Virus record (IMG/VR): IMGVR_UViG_3300012016_000004
Span: 1-64,000 of that record
DNA length: 64,000 bases
DNA from: a virus
Taxonomy: Duplodnaviria; Caudoviricetes
Strand: one strand, 5' to 3'
In this document: one piece after another, positions 9,808 to 19,072 of the stretch
Layout: each line of letters starts with the position of its first letter
Numbering within the stretch: position 1 is the stretch's first letter
The notes under the pieces: model-generated
Told to the model about the DNA's origin: nothing
Databases searched by the model: none
The model's input: the letters and a program-made list of their open reading frames with translations, nothing else
Translations under genes and position numbers: made by a program

Positions 9808-12800
9808 CTATCGTTTGATGGTTACACCCTCTTGCTTCATCCGGCTGATGTCGCTACCGATGGAGTCGAGTCCATCGATGATGTCTCCGGCCTTCTCGTT
9901 CAAAGCCTCGGTATCCTTATGGATGCCCATCACATGCTTGAGGATTGAGCCGGTCATGCCAATCAGCGCAGAGTGAAGCTCGCGCATAGTACGGACATCC
10001 TGCTTCATCTCGTAGGTGTGTCCTTGGATGGTTGTCAGCCTGGCGTTCTGCTCATCTACGGAATCCTGCGATGCCGTGATGCCACTGTTGGTGGCGCCGG
10101 TCCTCGTAGTGTCTTCCTCGTTCATCTGGAGATTGAGTCCACGGAGGAACTGCGTGATGGCCGGGGCTTCCGAGTTGGCCTTATCCAGCAAGCTGTTGTA
10201 GAACTCAATGGCACCAGCGGCATCGTTCGCAAGGAGCATGTTCTTGATTTTCTCCTGGGCGTCCTTGTTGAACACATCTTCCATCAGCATGCTGGTCACA
10301 ACCGACTTGGCCATCTGCTTACCAAAGTCTTTGGCGAGGTCAGTCAAGTCTGCCAAAGCATCCCCGCTTTCGAGGAAGGCATCAACCATCGAGCTGGCCA
10401 CATTCTCCGCGACGCCATTGAACAAGTCGGAGAGGTACTGCGACATACCGTCCATAGCTTCCTCGTATCGCTCCCACTCGGACAAGATGGAATCTACCGT
10501 ATGCTTGGTCTGGTCATCCAGGTAGTCTCCGTACTGGTCATACCATGCCTTGAGCTTGTCCCCGTTCAGCTTGCCGTTCTCATCGTAGAAGTCTGCAAGG
10601 TCAGCAGTGACAATGTTCTTGGATGAGCCCCAGAACTTCTGCCAGCCACTACGCATATCGGCCACCAGTTGACCGGATACCTTGCCAACACCTTCGACCA
10701 CGCCCTTGAGGGCCATGAGGCCACCGCTGAACGGATCGCCGGTGACACCAAGGCCGGCAGTCATAAGGAGCGCACCCCAGTTCCGGAGTACCTTCTGATT
10801 GACCTTCATGCCTTTCTCCAGCTCATCGAGATTGTTGCTGGCCTCCTGCAGCTGCTTATTGAATGCGATGAACTGGCCGTAGCCGTCCTCGCCGAAGGCG
10901 TTCTTGAGTTTATCCAACCTCGCTGCATCATTCAGCTCCTCCAGGGCAATCTTGTATTTGCGGGCCGCTTCCGTAGCACGTTCCGTTGCTTCGTTGTTGG
11001 CCTTGATGATGGAGAAAATCGCCGTGACCACCTTGATAGCAGCCTTGATGATGAGCAGGATGACAGAGGCAGATTCTGCAGCACTGATGGCCTGGGCCGT
11101 CGCTTCGCTGGCCTGCTCTACTCCTTCTGACACTCCTTCTACGGTGTCCTGGAGACCACCAACAATATCCTCGCCCTCCTTGACGAAGATTTCAGTAATC
11201 TCCATTGCGGTGTCACCCACCTCCTCGAACAAGTCAATAGCATCGCCCAGAACCTTGGCAACATCATCATCGAATATGCCTACCAGCTCTACGGCACCAC
11301 CTGCAACCGTACTGATTGTGCCGCGAGCCTTGTTTAGCGCGGAGATGAATTTCATCGAGGAGCTGACAACCTTACCCTGGGCGTTGTTGAGCTTCGCGGT
11401 GCTCTTGGTGAGCTTGTCTTGGGCACCACCCAACTCCATCTGCGCAGACTTCAACTGCTCGTCATATTCCTCTTGGGTAAGAATGCCATCGTTGAGCATG
11501 CTGTCCAACGTGGACTTCTGAATAGCATAGTTGGCGTCAGCAAGAACCATCTCTTGCTGAGCCTTCTTGTATTCCTCCAGGGCAGCAACAGTCTCGTCTT
11601 TAGCGGCTGCTACCTCCTGCATGGAGATGCGCATGGCCGCGAAAGGATTGCGATTGGACAGTTCATCGGAGATGGAGGCGATGGCCTTTTCCATCTCGCT
11701 GATGTCCTTCACATCCATCGACCCTTTGTTCGAGGAGAGGAGAGCCCTCGCTTTTGCAAGGCTTTCAGTGAGAACCCGCGTGGACTGCTCGCCGATGTTA
11801 CCGAACAAGGCAGACCAGTTGATGCTGGACTGCATTCCTTTGAGCTTGACTCCGCTCAACTCCTCGTCCCTCTGTTTGGCCAGAGACTTCTTCTCCCACT
11901 CGTTATTGGACTTGGCAATCAGAGCATTGTACTTCTCTGTGATGGCCAGCTCCTGCTCCTTGATGTTTCCATACTCAGCAAGGTATTGCAAGCGGTGGTC
12001 ATTGAGGGCAAACAGTGCATCGTCCCTCTGCTTGGCCAGCATCTTCTTCTTATACTCGTCATCCTCCTTCTCGATGGCGGCATTGTAGCTCGCTTCGATA
12101 GCCTGCTCCTGCTCCTTGTAGTCACCATAGGTCATCAGATAGTTCCACTCGCTCTGGAGCTTCTCATCGAGGACCTCCTTGGTCTTTTTAGCGGCAATCT
12201 TCTCGGTGTCATCAATGCGCTTCTGGAACTGGGCAAGGGTAGTCTGATCTATCTTGTTTCCGGACTTCCTTCCAGCTTCTTCCAGCTTCTTTTGCTCATC
12301 CTTAATAGCAGCGATAGATTGGAGCTTTTCATTTTCAATCTCGGCCAGGCGCTTTTCGTAGCCATCCTCCATGGCCTCAATCTCCGTATTGGCAACAGAC
12401 ATCCACATATCGCGCACGGCCTGCTTGAATGCGTCGCCATATCGCTTGATTTCTTTCTTCTCCGCGTCTGTAAGAATCTTCTTCGGAGTAGTTGTCGTTG
12501 TCGTATTATCGTCTTTCTTATTGAAGCCGGGAGGAGGCATCGGACCAATGAAGTCATTCTCTGTCCTGGTACGTTCGCCAAAACGCCTATCTGCTTCGGC
12601 CATTACATCAGTAAGAGTCTGAGCAGCGCTCGCAGCGCGAGAGAGCTGCATCTGCATGGCGTTGGTCGTGTATGAATAACTCTGCGCGGCCGTACCCTGG
12701 ACATAGGAGACTGTCTTATCGAAGGAGTCAACGACAGACTTCAATTCATCGCTCATCTCCTGCTTTCCCTCAAGCACTGGCACAATCTTCCAGAAGTATG

Positions 12801-14607
12801 TCTCGGCAAGGCTTACGCCATCGCTGCCCTTCTGGTCGCCGAATTTCTCCTTGAGTAGTTTATAGACCTCCTCGCGAACATCAGCTATCGTCTTCCCATA
12901 ATCATCGGCAGCGGAAGCGGTGAAGCTCTCAAAGGCTCTGGCTTTTGCTGCTTTCGATGCCTCCTCCGTAATGGTCTTGTATGCAAGAGCAATATCATCA
13001 AGCGCGGTCTTCTCGTCACCAAGCTTAGTGAGATACTGACCGTACTTGGACATGATTTCCTGCTTTGCTCTATCGTACTCCTCCGTCCCTTCCCTTGCAG
13101 CCTTGAGCTTTGCGAACAGAGTGTCGATTTTCGCCGTTTCAGCGATGATTCCGGCAGTGGCATCCTTGTCTGCCTTATCGAGTTTCTTCATCGCTTTCTC
13201 GGCGTCAGAAGTGGCAGAGACCATCTTGTATATGCCGAAGGCAAGACCAGCCACGGCAGCAGCAGCAAGAGCATACGGATTCTTGAGGATGGTCTTATTC
13301 AAAGCCTTCTGCGCCTTATCAGCAGCAGTCAAAGCTGCGAAGTGAGCAATCTCGGCCCTGGTCCAACCCTTGGTGGCCATAGCAGCAGCGGCCTTCAATG
13401 CGTTAATAGTGATGAGAGCTGCCTTGTATGCACCGAATGTAGCTATCAGTTCCACAATCAGCCGACCGAACTCATCGGCGTTGTCCGTGACCTTGTTGAT
13501 GCCATCGGCAAGGGCTTCTATGGCATTGGCCATCGGGCCGTTGCTGTCCTGGAACTTCAACATGAGACCTTCCCATGCAGACTGGAGCTTCTTTGTGGCA
13601 CCAATGAGGTTCTCGGTCATCGTGCCGTACATCTGCTCCAGTGTACCATCTACACTGCCGAGAGCCTGGCGAAGTTCATCAGCCGATGCCGCTCCAGTGA
13701 TGAGGGCGTTAAATGCAGAGACGGAACGTTTGTCCGTCATCTCCAAAGTCTCGCTCAGGTCAATTCCACGAGCATTGCATTCCTTCAACGAATCGATAAT
13801 CTCCGGGAATGTACGAGCTGTATGACCAAGGCCCTTTGCAAGCTTTCCGTTTGCATCCGCAAGGTTGAGCAGGATGTTTCTCGTGGCCGTTGCTGCGGAA
13901 GAAGCATCAAAGCCAGCGTTGGACAAGGCGCCGAGCAGGGTCACGGTGTCTTCTACCGTGAGACCAAAGGTGTGAGCGATAGGCGCTACGATAGAGATGG
14001 AGGTCTCCAGCTTACTGAAATCCAGTGCTGACTTGGTTGTCGCAGCAGCCATTACATCCAGCAGATGAGTGGAATCCTTGGCTTCAAGGCCAAAGCCTCG
14101 CAGGGCTGCGCCAGCGAAATTAGCCGCCCTTCCAAGGTCGGCATTCACGGCAGCAGCGAACTGCAAAACTGTGCCCTGCATTTCCTTAATCTGTGTCTTT
14201 GTGAAGCCAAGGCGAGCGAGGGCCAGCTGGAGCTCAGTGACCTCCGAAGCAGTGAACTCAGTAACACGGCCAAGGTCTTCCGCAGCCTTCGACATGTCTT
14301 TGATGTCACGGATAGATGAGCCGAGGACAGAGGCAAGTTCTGCATTCTTCCTTTCGAAGTTCGCATTCAGCTCAACGGCGCTCTTACCGACACGTGTTAC
14401 CGCGCTGATGGCTGCTGCAACCGACAGATACCTTGCTGCAAGTGTACCGAGAGAGTCTCCGAGCTTGCTCGATGACTTATCCAGAGAATCGCCGAAATTC
14501 TTGACCTTCCTTTCAGCCTGGTCAAGTCGCTTTTCGAGTTTTGCAACCCCCCTATCAACCGGGGCGTCATCGACTCCCATTACTATTTTCAGTTTGCCAT
14601 CATCCAT
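9808..14607 (-). CDS. Tail tape measure protein
   Basis: 1599 aa, Ala/Lys/Glu-rich helical; N-terminal TP901-like region (GRVTEFTASEVTELQLALARLGF...GFDASSAATATRNIL). Confidence 0.93.
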   Translation of the reverse strand: MDDGKLKIVMGVDDAPVDRGVAKLEKRLDQAERKVKNFGDSLDKSSSKLGDSLGTLAARYLSVAAAISAVTRVGKSAVELNANFERKNAELASVLGSSIRDIKDMSKAAEDLGRVTEFTASEVTELQLALARLGFTKTQIKEMQGTVLQFAAAVNADLGRAANFAGAALRGFGLEAKDSTHLLDVMAAATTKSALDFSKLETSISIVAPIAHTFGLTVEDTVTLLGALSNAGFDASSAATATRNILLNLADANGKLAKGLGHTARTFPEIIDSLKECNARGIDLSETLEMTDKRSVSAFNALITGAASADELRQALGSVDGTLEQMYGTMTENLIGATKKLQSAWEGLMLKFQDSNGPMANAIEALADGINKVTDNADEFGRLIVELIATFGAYKAALITINALKAAAAMATKGWTRAEIAHFAALTAADKAQKALNKTILKNPYALAAAAVAGLAFGIYKMVSATSDAEKAMKKLDKADKDATAGIIAETAKIDTLFAKLKAAREGTEEYDRAKQEIMSKYGQYLTKLGDEKTALDDIALAYKTITEEASKAAKARAFESFTASAADDYGKTIADVREEVYKLLKEKFGDQKGSDGVSLAETYFWKIVPVLEGKQEMSDELKSVVDSFDKTVSYVQGTAAQSYSYTTNAMQMQLSRAASAAQTLTDVMAEADRRFGERTRTENDFIGPMPPPGFNKKDDNTTTTTTPKKILTDAEKKEIKRYGDAFKQAVRDMWMSVANTEIEAMEDGYEKRLAEIENEKLQSIAAIKDEQKKLEEAGRKSGNKIDQTTLAQFQKRIDDTEKIAAKKTKEVLDEKLQSEWNYLMTYGDYKEQEQAIEASYNAAIEKEDDEYKKKMLAKQRDDALFALNDHRLQYLAEYGNIKEQELAITEKYNALIAKSNNEWEKKSLAKQRDEELSGVKLKGMQSSINWSALFGNIGEQSTRVLTESLAKARALLSSNKGSMDVKDISEMEKAIASISDELSNRNPFAAMRISMQEVAAAKDETVAALEEYKKAQQEMVLADANYAIQKSTLDSMLNDGILTQEEYDEQLKSAQMELGGAQDKLTKSTAKLNNAQGKVVSSSMKFISALNKARGTISTVAGGAVELVGIFDDDVAKVLGDAIDLFEEVGDTAMEITEIFVKEGEDIVGGLQDTVEGVSEGVEQASEATAQAISAAESASVILLIIKAAIKVVTAIFSIIKANNEATERATEAARKYKIALEELNDAARLDKLKNAFGEDGYGQFIAFNKQLQEASNNLDELEKGMKVNQKVLRNWGALLMTAGLGVTGDPFSGGLMALKGVVEGVGKVSGQLVADMRSGWQKFWGSSKNIVTADLADFYDENGKLNGDKLKAWYDQYGDYLDDQTKHTVDSILSEWERYEEAMDGMSQYLSDLFNGVAENVASSMVDAFLESGDALADLTDLAKDFGKQMAKSVVTSMLMEDVFNKDAQEKIKNMLLANDAAGAIEFYNSLLDKANSEAPAITQFLRGLNLQMNEEDTTRTGATNSGITASQDSVDEQNARLTTIQGHTYEMKQDVRTMRELHSALIGMTGSILKHVMGIHKDTEALNEKAGDIIDGLDSIGSDISRMKQEGVTIKR

Positions 14608-14899
14608 AGGTCTCGCTGAATGCTTTAATCAGTTCAATGTTATTCGGGTCGCCGGCGTCGAACCGCTCATACCCATCGTCATTCTTATCATCGTCCAAGT
14701 CGTAGCTTGGTAGCACCGCGCTGTACATCATCAGATTGTGATAGCTGAGCTTGTAAATCACGTATTCGAACGAGAGTCCGTAAGCCTTCGCTATCCCTCC
14801 GACTACTGACCAGATGCTGTCGTTTTCGTAGTCTCGCCCACTTCCCTTTCGCTTCCTACGAGATTTACCGTGCGGAGGAAAGTGGTAAGCGCGAAAAAA
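14600..14899 (-). CDS. Tail assembly chaperone C-terminal extension (probable -1 frameshift product)
   Basis: The -1 frame is open from the T TTT TTC heptamer (14899-14893) to TGA at 14602-14600, which overlaps the TMP start. Encodes NDSIWSVVGGIAKAYGLSFEYVIYKLSYHNLMMYSAVLPSY. Confidence 0.65.
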   Translation of the reverse strand, partial: FFRAYHFPPHGKSRRKRKGSGRDYENDSIWSVVGGIAKAYGLSFEYVIYKLSYHNLMMYSAVLPSYDLDDDKNDDGYERFDAGDPNNIELIKAFSETYG

Positions 14900-15288
14900 T
14901 CCTCAAGCTCCGAATTGGATAGGATGGTTGTCACTGCATCATATATCTGCGTGGGAGAGAGCTGCAGCAGGAGGTAGTTCTCCAGCTTGATTACACTTTT
15001 GCGAAGGAAAAACGGCTTCCAACGGAATGGATTGCGGATAGCATCGGCGCCATAAAGAAGGATGGCCAGGATTCTCGCCACTTCACGTCCGCGAGTGCAT
15101 CCTGCCAGTATTTCCGGGATTTTCTTCTCCGGGGAGAAAGACGGCATGGCAACGATATATTCTGCCACCATAGTCAGTGTGCCGAGTGTGACTCGCGGAA
15201 CAACGAATTTCCGCTTGCCGACTATTACCGTCATCGGCGATTGAAGTAAGGCGTCAGCCACCTTTCCTTCGATGTTCTTCTTGCCCAT
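14803..15288 (-). CDS. Tail assembly chaperone
   Basis: Between tail tube and TMP; probable start MGKKNIE at 15288; ends TTASGQ. Confidence 0.7.
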   Translation of the reverse strand: MGKKNIEGKVADALLQSPMTVIVGKRKFVVPRVTLGTLTMVAEYIVAMPSFSPEKKIPEILAGCTRGREVARILAILLYGADAIRNPFRWKPFFLRKSVIKLENYLLLQLSPTQIYDAVTTILSNSELEDFFALTTFLRTVNLVGSEREVGETTKTTASGQ

Positions 15289-15430
15289 AGTCAATGATGC
15301 TTCGTTTGTTAACAATCACGCACTTGCTGTTGTCAAGCCGCACAAGACAGTTGTCACCATTGACCTTTTCTATCGTACCGTGCGCAGTTCCGTTGACCGC
15401 TGGCCACGATATTCTGCGACCTATCTCCAT
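15254..15430 (-). CDS. Small KOW/Tudor-like hypothetical protein
   Basis: 58 aa MEIGRRISWPAVNGTAHGTIEKVNGDNCLVRLD, starting just downstream of the tRNA-like element. Confidence 0.4.
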   Translation of the reverse strand: MEIGRRISWPAVNGTAHGTIEKVNGDNCLVRLDNSKCVIVNKRSIIDYGQEEHRRKGG

Positions 15431-15445
15431 AATCAGCAAGTGTGT

Positions 15446-15549
15446 TGGTCGCTCCGGGAGGACTCGAACCCCCGACCAAATCATCATCGGCGAAGTGGAT
15501 TCCATGGAAAACCGACGATGCAAAGCTCTACCTACTGAGCTACGGAGCG
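15446..15549 (-). ncRNA. tRNA-like RNA with elongated anticodon arm (104 nt)
   Basis: Acceptor CGCTCCG/CGGAGCG plus A-CCA; D-arm GCTC-AGTAGGTA-GAGC; T-arm GGGGG-TTCGAGT-CCTCC; 51 nt between D- and T-arms instead of ~23. Confidence 0.7.
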
Positions 15550-15597
15550 ATGGGTGCCGGGATTTGAACACCTCCCGGCGTAGGTGCGGTTTGAGGT

Positions 15598-16128
15598 TTA
15601 GAGGTCAACGGCAGTGTCGCCGAAGTCCATACCAACACCCTGGAGAGTGTAGGCATCGCCGGACTGGGCCTTGGTGGCCGTGATGGTGCCCCACTTCACA
15701 ATCTTCCCGCTCTCAGGAGCAAGGGCATTGTGAGTGTAGTTCCAGTTGGAACCATCGGCGGCGTTGAAGGGGTCTTCAACGGACACAGCGGTGCGCTCGA
15801 TGTAGAAGCCAGGGGCGCCGGTCTCCTCCGGAATGAGGGCCACGGCGTACTCGTGCTCTACAGTGCCATCGACATGCGAGATGGGCATATCGCGGTTGGC
15901 GAGCAGACGGATAGCATAGGCCAGCTCATAGGAGCTTTTCTTGTTCTTCCGTACTTCGGTCTCGCCTCCTTCAATCTTGCCCTCCAGCGCATCACCCTTG
16001 GTAGGGGTCAGCTGGGTCGAATCTTCTACGGGAGTGGGGATGATCTTCCACGCAGGGGTGGCCGCATTCAGATCCTTCACGAAAATCCTGGGCTTACCCC
16101 AAGACGGTGCTTTCTTCGTAGTAGGCAT
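15598..16128 (-). CDS. Major tail tube protein
   Basis: 176 aa, SWGKPRIFVKD...TPVEDSTQLTPTKGD...EGG type; position after the neck genes. Confidence 0.7.
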   Translation of the reverse strand: MPTTKKAPSWGKPRIFVKDLNAATPAWKIIPTPVEDSTQLTPTKGDALEGKIEGGETEVRKNKKSSYELAYAIRLLANRDMPISHVDGTVEHEYAVALIPEETGAPGFYIERTAVSVEDPFNAADGSNWNYTHNALAPESGKIVKWGTITATKAQSGDAYTLQGVGMDFGDTAVDL

Positions 16129-16159
16129 AATTCATTGACAGATTAAATGGTTTCACACA

Positions 16160-16570
16160 CTATTCCTCGTCAGCCTCCTGGATGTGTTCGAGGCTAAGCC
16201 GATTGTTGATTACGCGCACATGGCGGTCATTGACCTTGAACACGTGCTGTGACTGGAGACGGATTTTGAATCCATCGAAAACATTGCTTTCGAGGGCTTG
16301 CATGAAGACACGGCACAGAGGACGGAGCCTCGGCTGGTTTTCAATCCATTCGTTTTCGCGCTGGACATCATGCACGAAAACATTGACATTGATTGCGACT
16401 TCCTGGCGCTGCTTGGCATCTCCATCAAGGATGGAAATCTCCACATCCTCAAGCACCGAGTTGTCCGGCCGGTTATCCTTGTAGATTCGGCCAGAAATCT
16501 CCGTATGGAGACCTTTCTCACGCAGAAGTGTGTAGATGGTGTCCTTTATTTCGATGTCAGTCAGTGCCAT
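16160..16570 (-). CDS. Tail terminator-like protein
   Basis: 136 aa, ISGRIYKDNRPDNSVLEDVEI; synteny. Confidence 0.55.
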   Translation of the reverse strand: MALTDIEIKDTIYTLLREKGLHTEISGRIYKDNRPDNSVLEDVEISILDGDAKQRQEVAINVNVFVHDVQRENEWIENQPRLRPLCRVFMQALESNVFDGFKIRLQSQHVFKVNDRHVRVINNRLSLEHIQEADEE

Positions 16571-16928
16571 TGTCGTTCTCGTCAGAATGGATTAAACAAA
16601 CCCACGTTTTAGCATTTAACTGGCCTCTGTGGAAGCCTTTCGCTTCGTACCAGCCAGTGCATTCCCCTTCGGCATTGTAGAGCTTGAGGGTCTGACCATA
16701 GCTGATTTCCGGAATGTCGGTATCCAAGTACACGATGTAGTCGTACACGATGTCCTTACCGACACCTACCGGGACTGTACGTGCTTGGCCGTTCGGTTCA
16801 TACCTGCAAGGGTACTGCTCTGACCATTGCTCTCCACCCTGGATGTAGTCTCCGGTCTCCTCGTTATAGGAGCCGGGGACTACAGTCAGCAGGGAAATGG
16901 AATGCGGTCTGAATCGGACTGGAAGCAT
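16557..16928 (-). CDS. Head-closure/stopper-like protein
   Basis: 123 aa, YNEETGDY...PCRYEPNGQA; synteny. Confidence 0.55.
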   Translation of the reverse strand: MLPVRFRPHSISLLTVVPGSYNEETGDYIQGGEQWSEQYPCRYEPNGQARTVPVGVGKDIVYDYIVYLDTDIPEISYGQTLKLYNAEGECTGWYEAKGFHRGQLNAKTWVCLIHSDENDNGTD

Positions 16929-16948
16929 TGCGAATAGGCTTTCAGAGG

Positions 16949-17275
16949 TTAGTCTTCATCAATAGGCGTAACAGTCGGTATAGCCTCCAGGATAACGGAC
17001 TCCGGCTCAAACTTCGAATAGATACGGTTTGCGATGCCAATGAGCGATTTCCTATCCGTGTAGGAGATACTTACGCCTCCTTCAGACACACTTGTTGGTG
17101 TTGTGATGAAATTAGCAATCATATCAGCTATCGCGAGACGGAAGTTCGGCGTTTTGCCAATCGCTTTCGTGTACTCATCGTTGAGCTTGATACCTCTATC
17201 CTCGGCAATCACTCCCAGTGTTTTTTGGGACACCGGGAATGATACCTTACTTTCGAGTGCAGTCCTTACATCCAT
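16949..17275 (-). CDS. Head-tail connector/adaptor
   Basis: 108 aa following the capsid gene; SVSEGGVSIS motif. Confidence 0.6.
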   Translation of the reverse strand: MDVRTALESKVSFPVSQKTLGVIAEDRGIKLNDEYTKAIGKTPNFRLAIADMIANFITTPTSVSEGGVSISYTDRKSLIGIANRIYSKFEPESVILEAIPTVTPIDED

Positions 17276-17289
17276 AGGGCAGAGTCGGA

Positions 17290-18423
17290 CTATTCAGCGG
17301 GTTCGCCACCGTTCCAGTTGGTGACGTACTCCGTATTGAGGAAGTTGACGGTGCTGCGGTTGATGAGCACGCACTGCACGTAACCTTCGGCCAGAGTGAC
17401 CTCCAGCATCGGGTTGACCTGGGAGTAACGGGTCACCTTGTAGAAGGAGCCGTAGCTCTGCAGGGCCTCGGTGTTCCGCACCATGGGTACGGTCTTCCAG
17501 TAGGTCCAGCCCAGCTGGATGCTGGGAGCCAGGGTAACCACGTTCTCAGCCCAGGGCTTGATGGTGGTCACATTGCCTTCCTTGTCCTCGATACCGGCTT
17601 CGGTCTCAATCACCACGATAGTGGGATAGCCCTGGGAACGCATGAAGGCGTTCACGGCTTCGAGGGTCACGGAGTTCTGGGTCAGGATCATCGACTTGCC
17701 GGTGAGGGCGTTGTAGCCGGAGAGCTTCTGCATGGTGGCCTTCTGGGCGCAGAGGTGCTCGAAAGCAGCCTGCTCCATGATGGCGTAGCGGAGGGTCTTG
17801 CCGAGCTTACGCATCGCTTTGTAGCGATTGGCGATGTCGGAGATGCCGTCGGCCTGGTCGTGGTTGCTCCATACGACGGGAACGCCGTTGAAGTTCTCGG
17901 CAGGCACGTTGAAGTTGATGATGTCGGCGGTGGCGTTCTCGCCGTCGATGACGGCCGGGAAGTCCTGGACACCGTGGGAGCCGATTCGGCAGGAATCGAC
18001 CTCAATCTTGGTGTCCATACCCTCGTTCACATACGCGACATCGTCGTAAATCATGTCAACGAGCTCCATCTTTGCGGAGTTATCCTCGCCTTCCGGCAGG
18101 GATGCAACGATGGCTTCGAGGTCGTTGTACTCGTTGATGACTTCTTCGTCCTGCTCACGGGAGATGGCCACCTTGCCGAGCTTGCCGCTCCAGGAACCCA
18201 CAGTCTTGCGGGTCTTCACCGGAGCCTTCACGTTGAAGGCAATCTTATCGGCGGAGATGGGAACACCCTCCTTACCTGCCAGGGACTTGATGTCGAACTT
18301 GGAGGTAGGACGGAGCGGGAAGAACGTGGGCCATACCTTACCGGCACCAACCTCGTAGGAATCGATCTCAGCCTGCATGGAAGGCTGGTCGATGTCGAAA
18401 ATGGGCTTATGCATATCAGCCAT
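17290..18423 (-). CDS. Major capsid protein
   Basis: 377 aa, strongly biased codon usage, follows scaffold and decoration genes; lambda-E-like size and position. Confidence 0.85.
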   Translation of the reverse strand: MADMHKPIFDIDQPSMQAEIDSYEVGAGKVWPTFFPLRPTSKFDIKSLAGKEGVPISADKIAFNVKAPVKTRKTVGSWSGKLGKVAISREQDEEVINEYNDLEAIVASLPEGEDNSAKMELVDMIYDDVAYVNEGMDTKIEVDSCRIGSHGVQDFPAVIDGENATADIINFNVPAENFNGVPVVWSNHDQADGISDIANRYKAMRKLGKTLRYAIMEQAAFEHLCAQKATMQKLSGYNALTGKSMILTQNSVTLEAVNAFMRSQGYPTIVVIETEAGIEDKEGNVTTIKPWAENVVTLAPSIQLGWTYWKTVPMVRNTEALQSYGSFYKVTRYSQVNPMLEVTLAEGYVQCVLINRSTVNFLNTEYVTNWNGGEPAE

Positions 18424-18447
18424 AGTAAATTCTCCACTCCTTTAGGG

Positions 18448-19026
18448 TTAAACCAGGGAAATGCCCTTCATCATGTCTGCGATTTCCGCAGGGAAAAGGG
18501 CGGTCTCTTTGCGAACGTTGGCGCCGTTCACGAGCTTGGCCAGCTCATCGCCGCAGTTGGCGGGCAGGAACGTGCCGAGCACGAAAACAGGGGCAACCTT
18601 GGGTTCGGCAAGGACTGCGGGGTCATCGCCGGAGGCTTCAGCGGAAGCGGCCTTAGCCTGGTACAGAACTGCGCCTTTCTCGACTGCCACACCGAGGGTG
18701 GCGGTCAGAATGTCGTAGTCTGCGTGGGTGGTATCGATGGCGGTGATGGCGACGGCAACGCCGCTCTCGCCAACTCCGGAACCGACAAATTCACCAACGG
18801 CGAAGCCGTGGTCCTTGGCGACCTTGATGGTCGTGGATTCTGTGGTGATGGCTTCCACGAGGCGAGCACCTTTGAGGCACACGCCGTCAGCGGAAACAGC
18901 CAGACCGGGATGACGGTCATAGGCTGCGTTCTTAACGAGACCACCACCAACCTTCTCGGCGAAGATTTGGTCGAAGATGACCGGCTGCTTAGCCGGGGCT
19001 TCATTGTAGTGGAAATTCTTGTCCAT
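18448..19026 (-). CDS. Head decoration/fibre protein
   Basis: 192 aa between scaffold and capsid genes. Confidence 0.55.
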   Translation of the reverse strand: MDKNFHYNEAPAKQPVIFDQIFAEKVGGGLVKNAAYDRHPGLAVSADGVCLKGARLVEAITTESTTIKVAKDHGFAVGEFVGSGVGESGVAVAITAIDTTHADYDILTATLGVAVEKGAVLYQAKAASAEASGDDPAVLAEPKVAPVFVLGTFLPANCGDELAKLVNGANVRKETALFPAEIADMMKGISLV

Positions 19027-19072
19027 CTTTGAACAGAGTGTTAACGGTTAAACTTTGCCGTCGCACTGCTGC

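Noticed and set aside
15446-15549. tmRNA or intron-containing tRNA interpretation
   Set aside because: It has a full D-stem and no tag ORF (unlike tmRNA); the insert is far too short for a group I intron and no single excision gives a canonical 5-bp/7-nt arm.
15431-15571. N-terminal extension of ORF 15254..15571
   Set aside because: Reads through the tRNA-like element; the ATG at 15430 is the more plausible start.
15551-15580. Hairpin GCCGGGA/TCCCGGC with a GTTCAAAT loop resembling a T-arm
   Set aside because: No acceptor or D-arm partner; at most a remnant or processing hairpin.
3983-19032. Long plus-strand ORFs (3983..4897, 11419..12675, 17755..19032 and others)
   Set aside because: Antisense to tail, TMP and capsid genes; expected from biased codon usage; no motifs or promoters.
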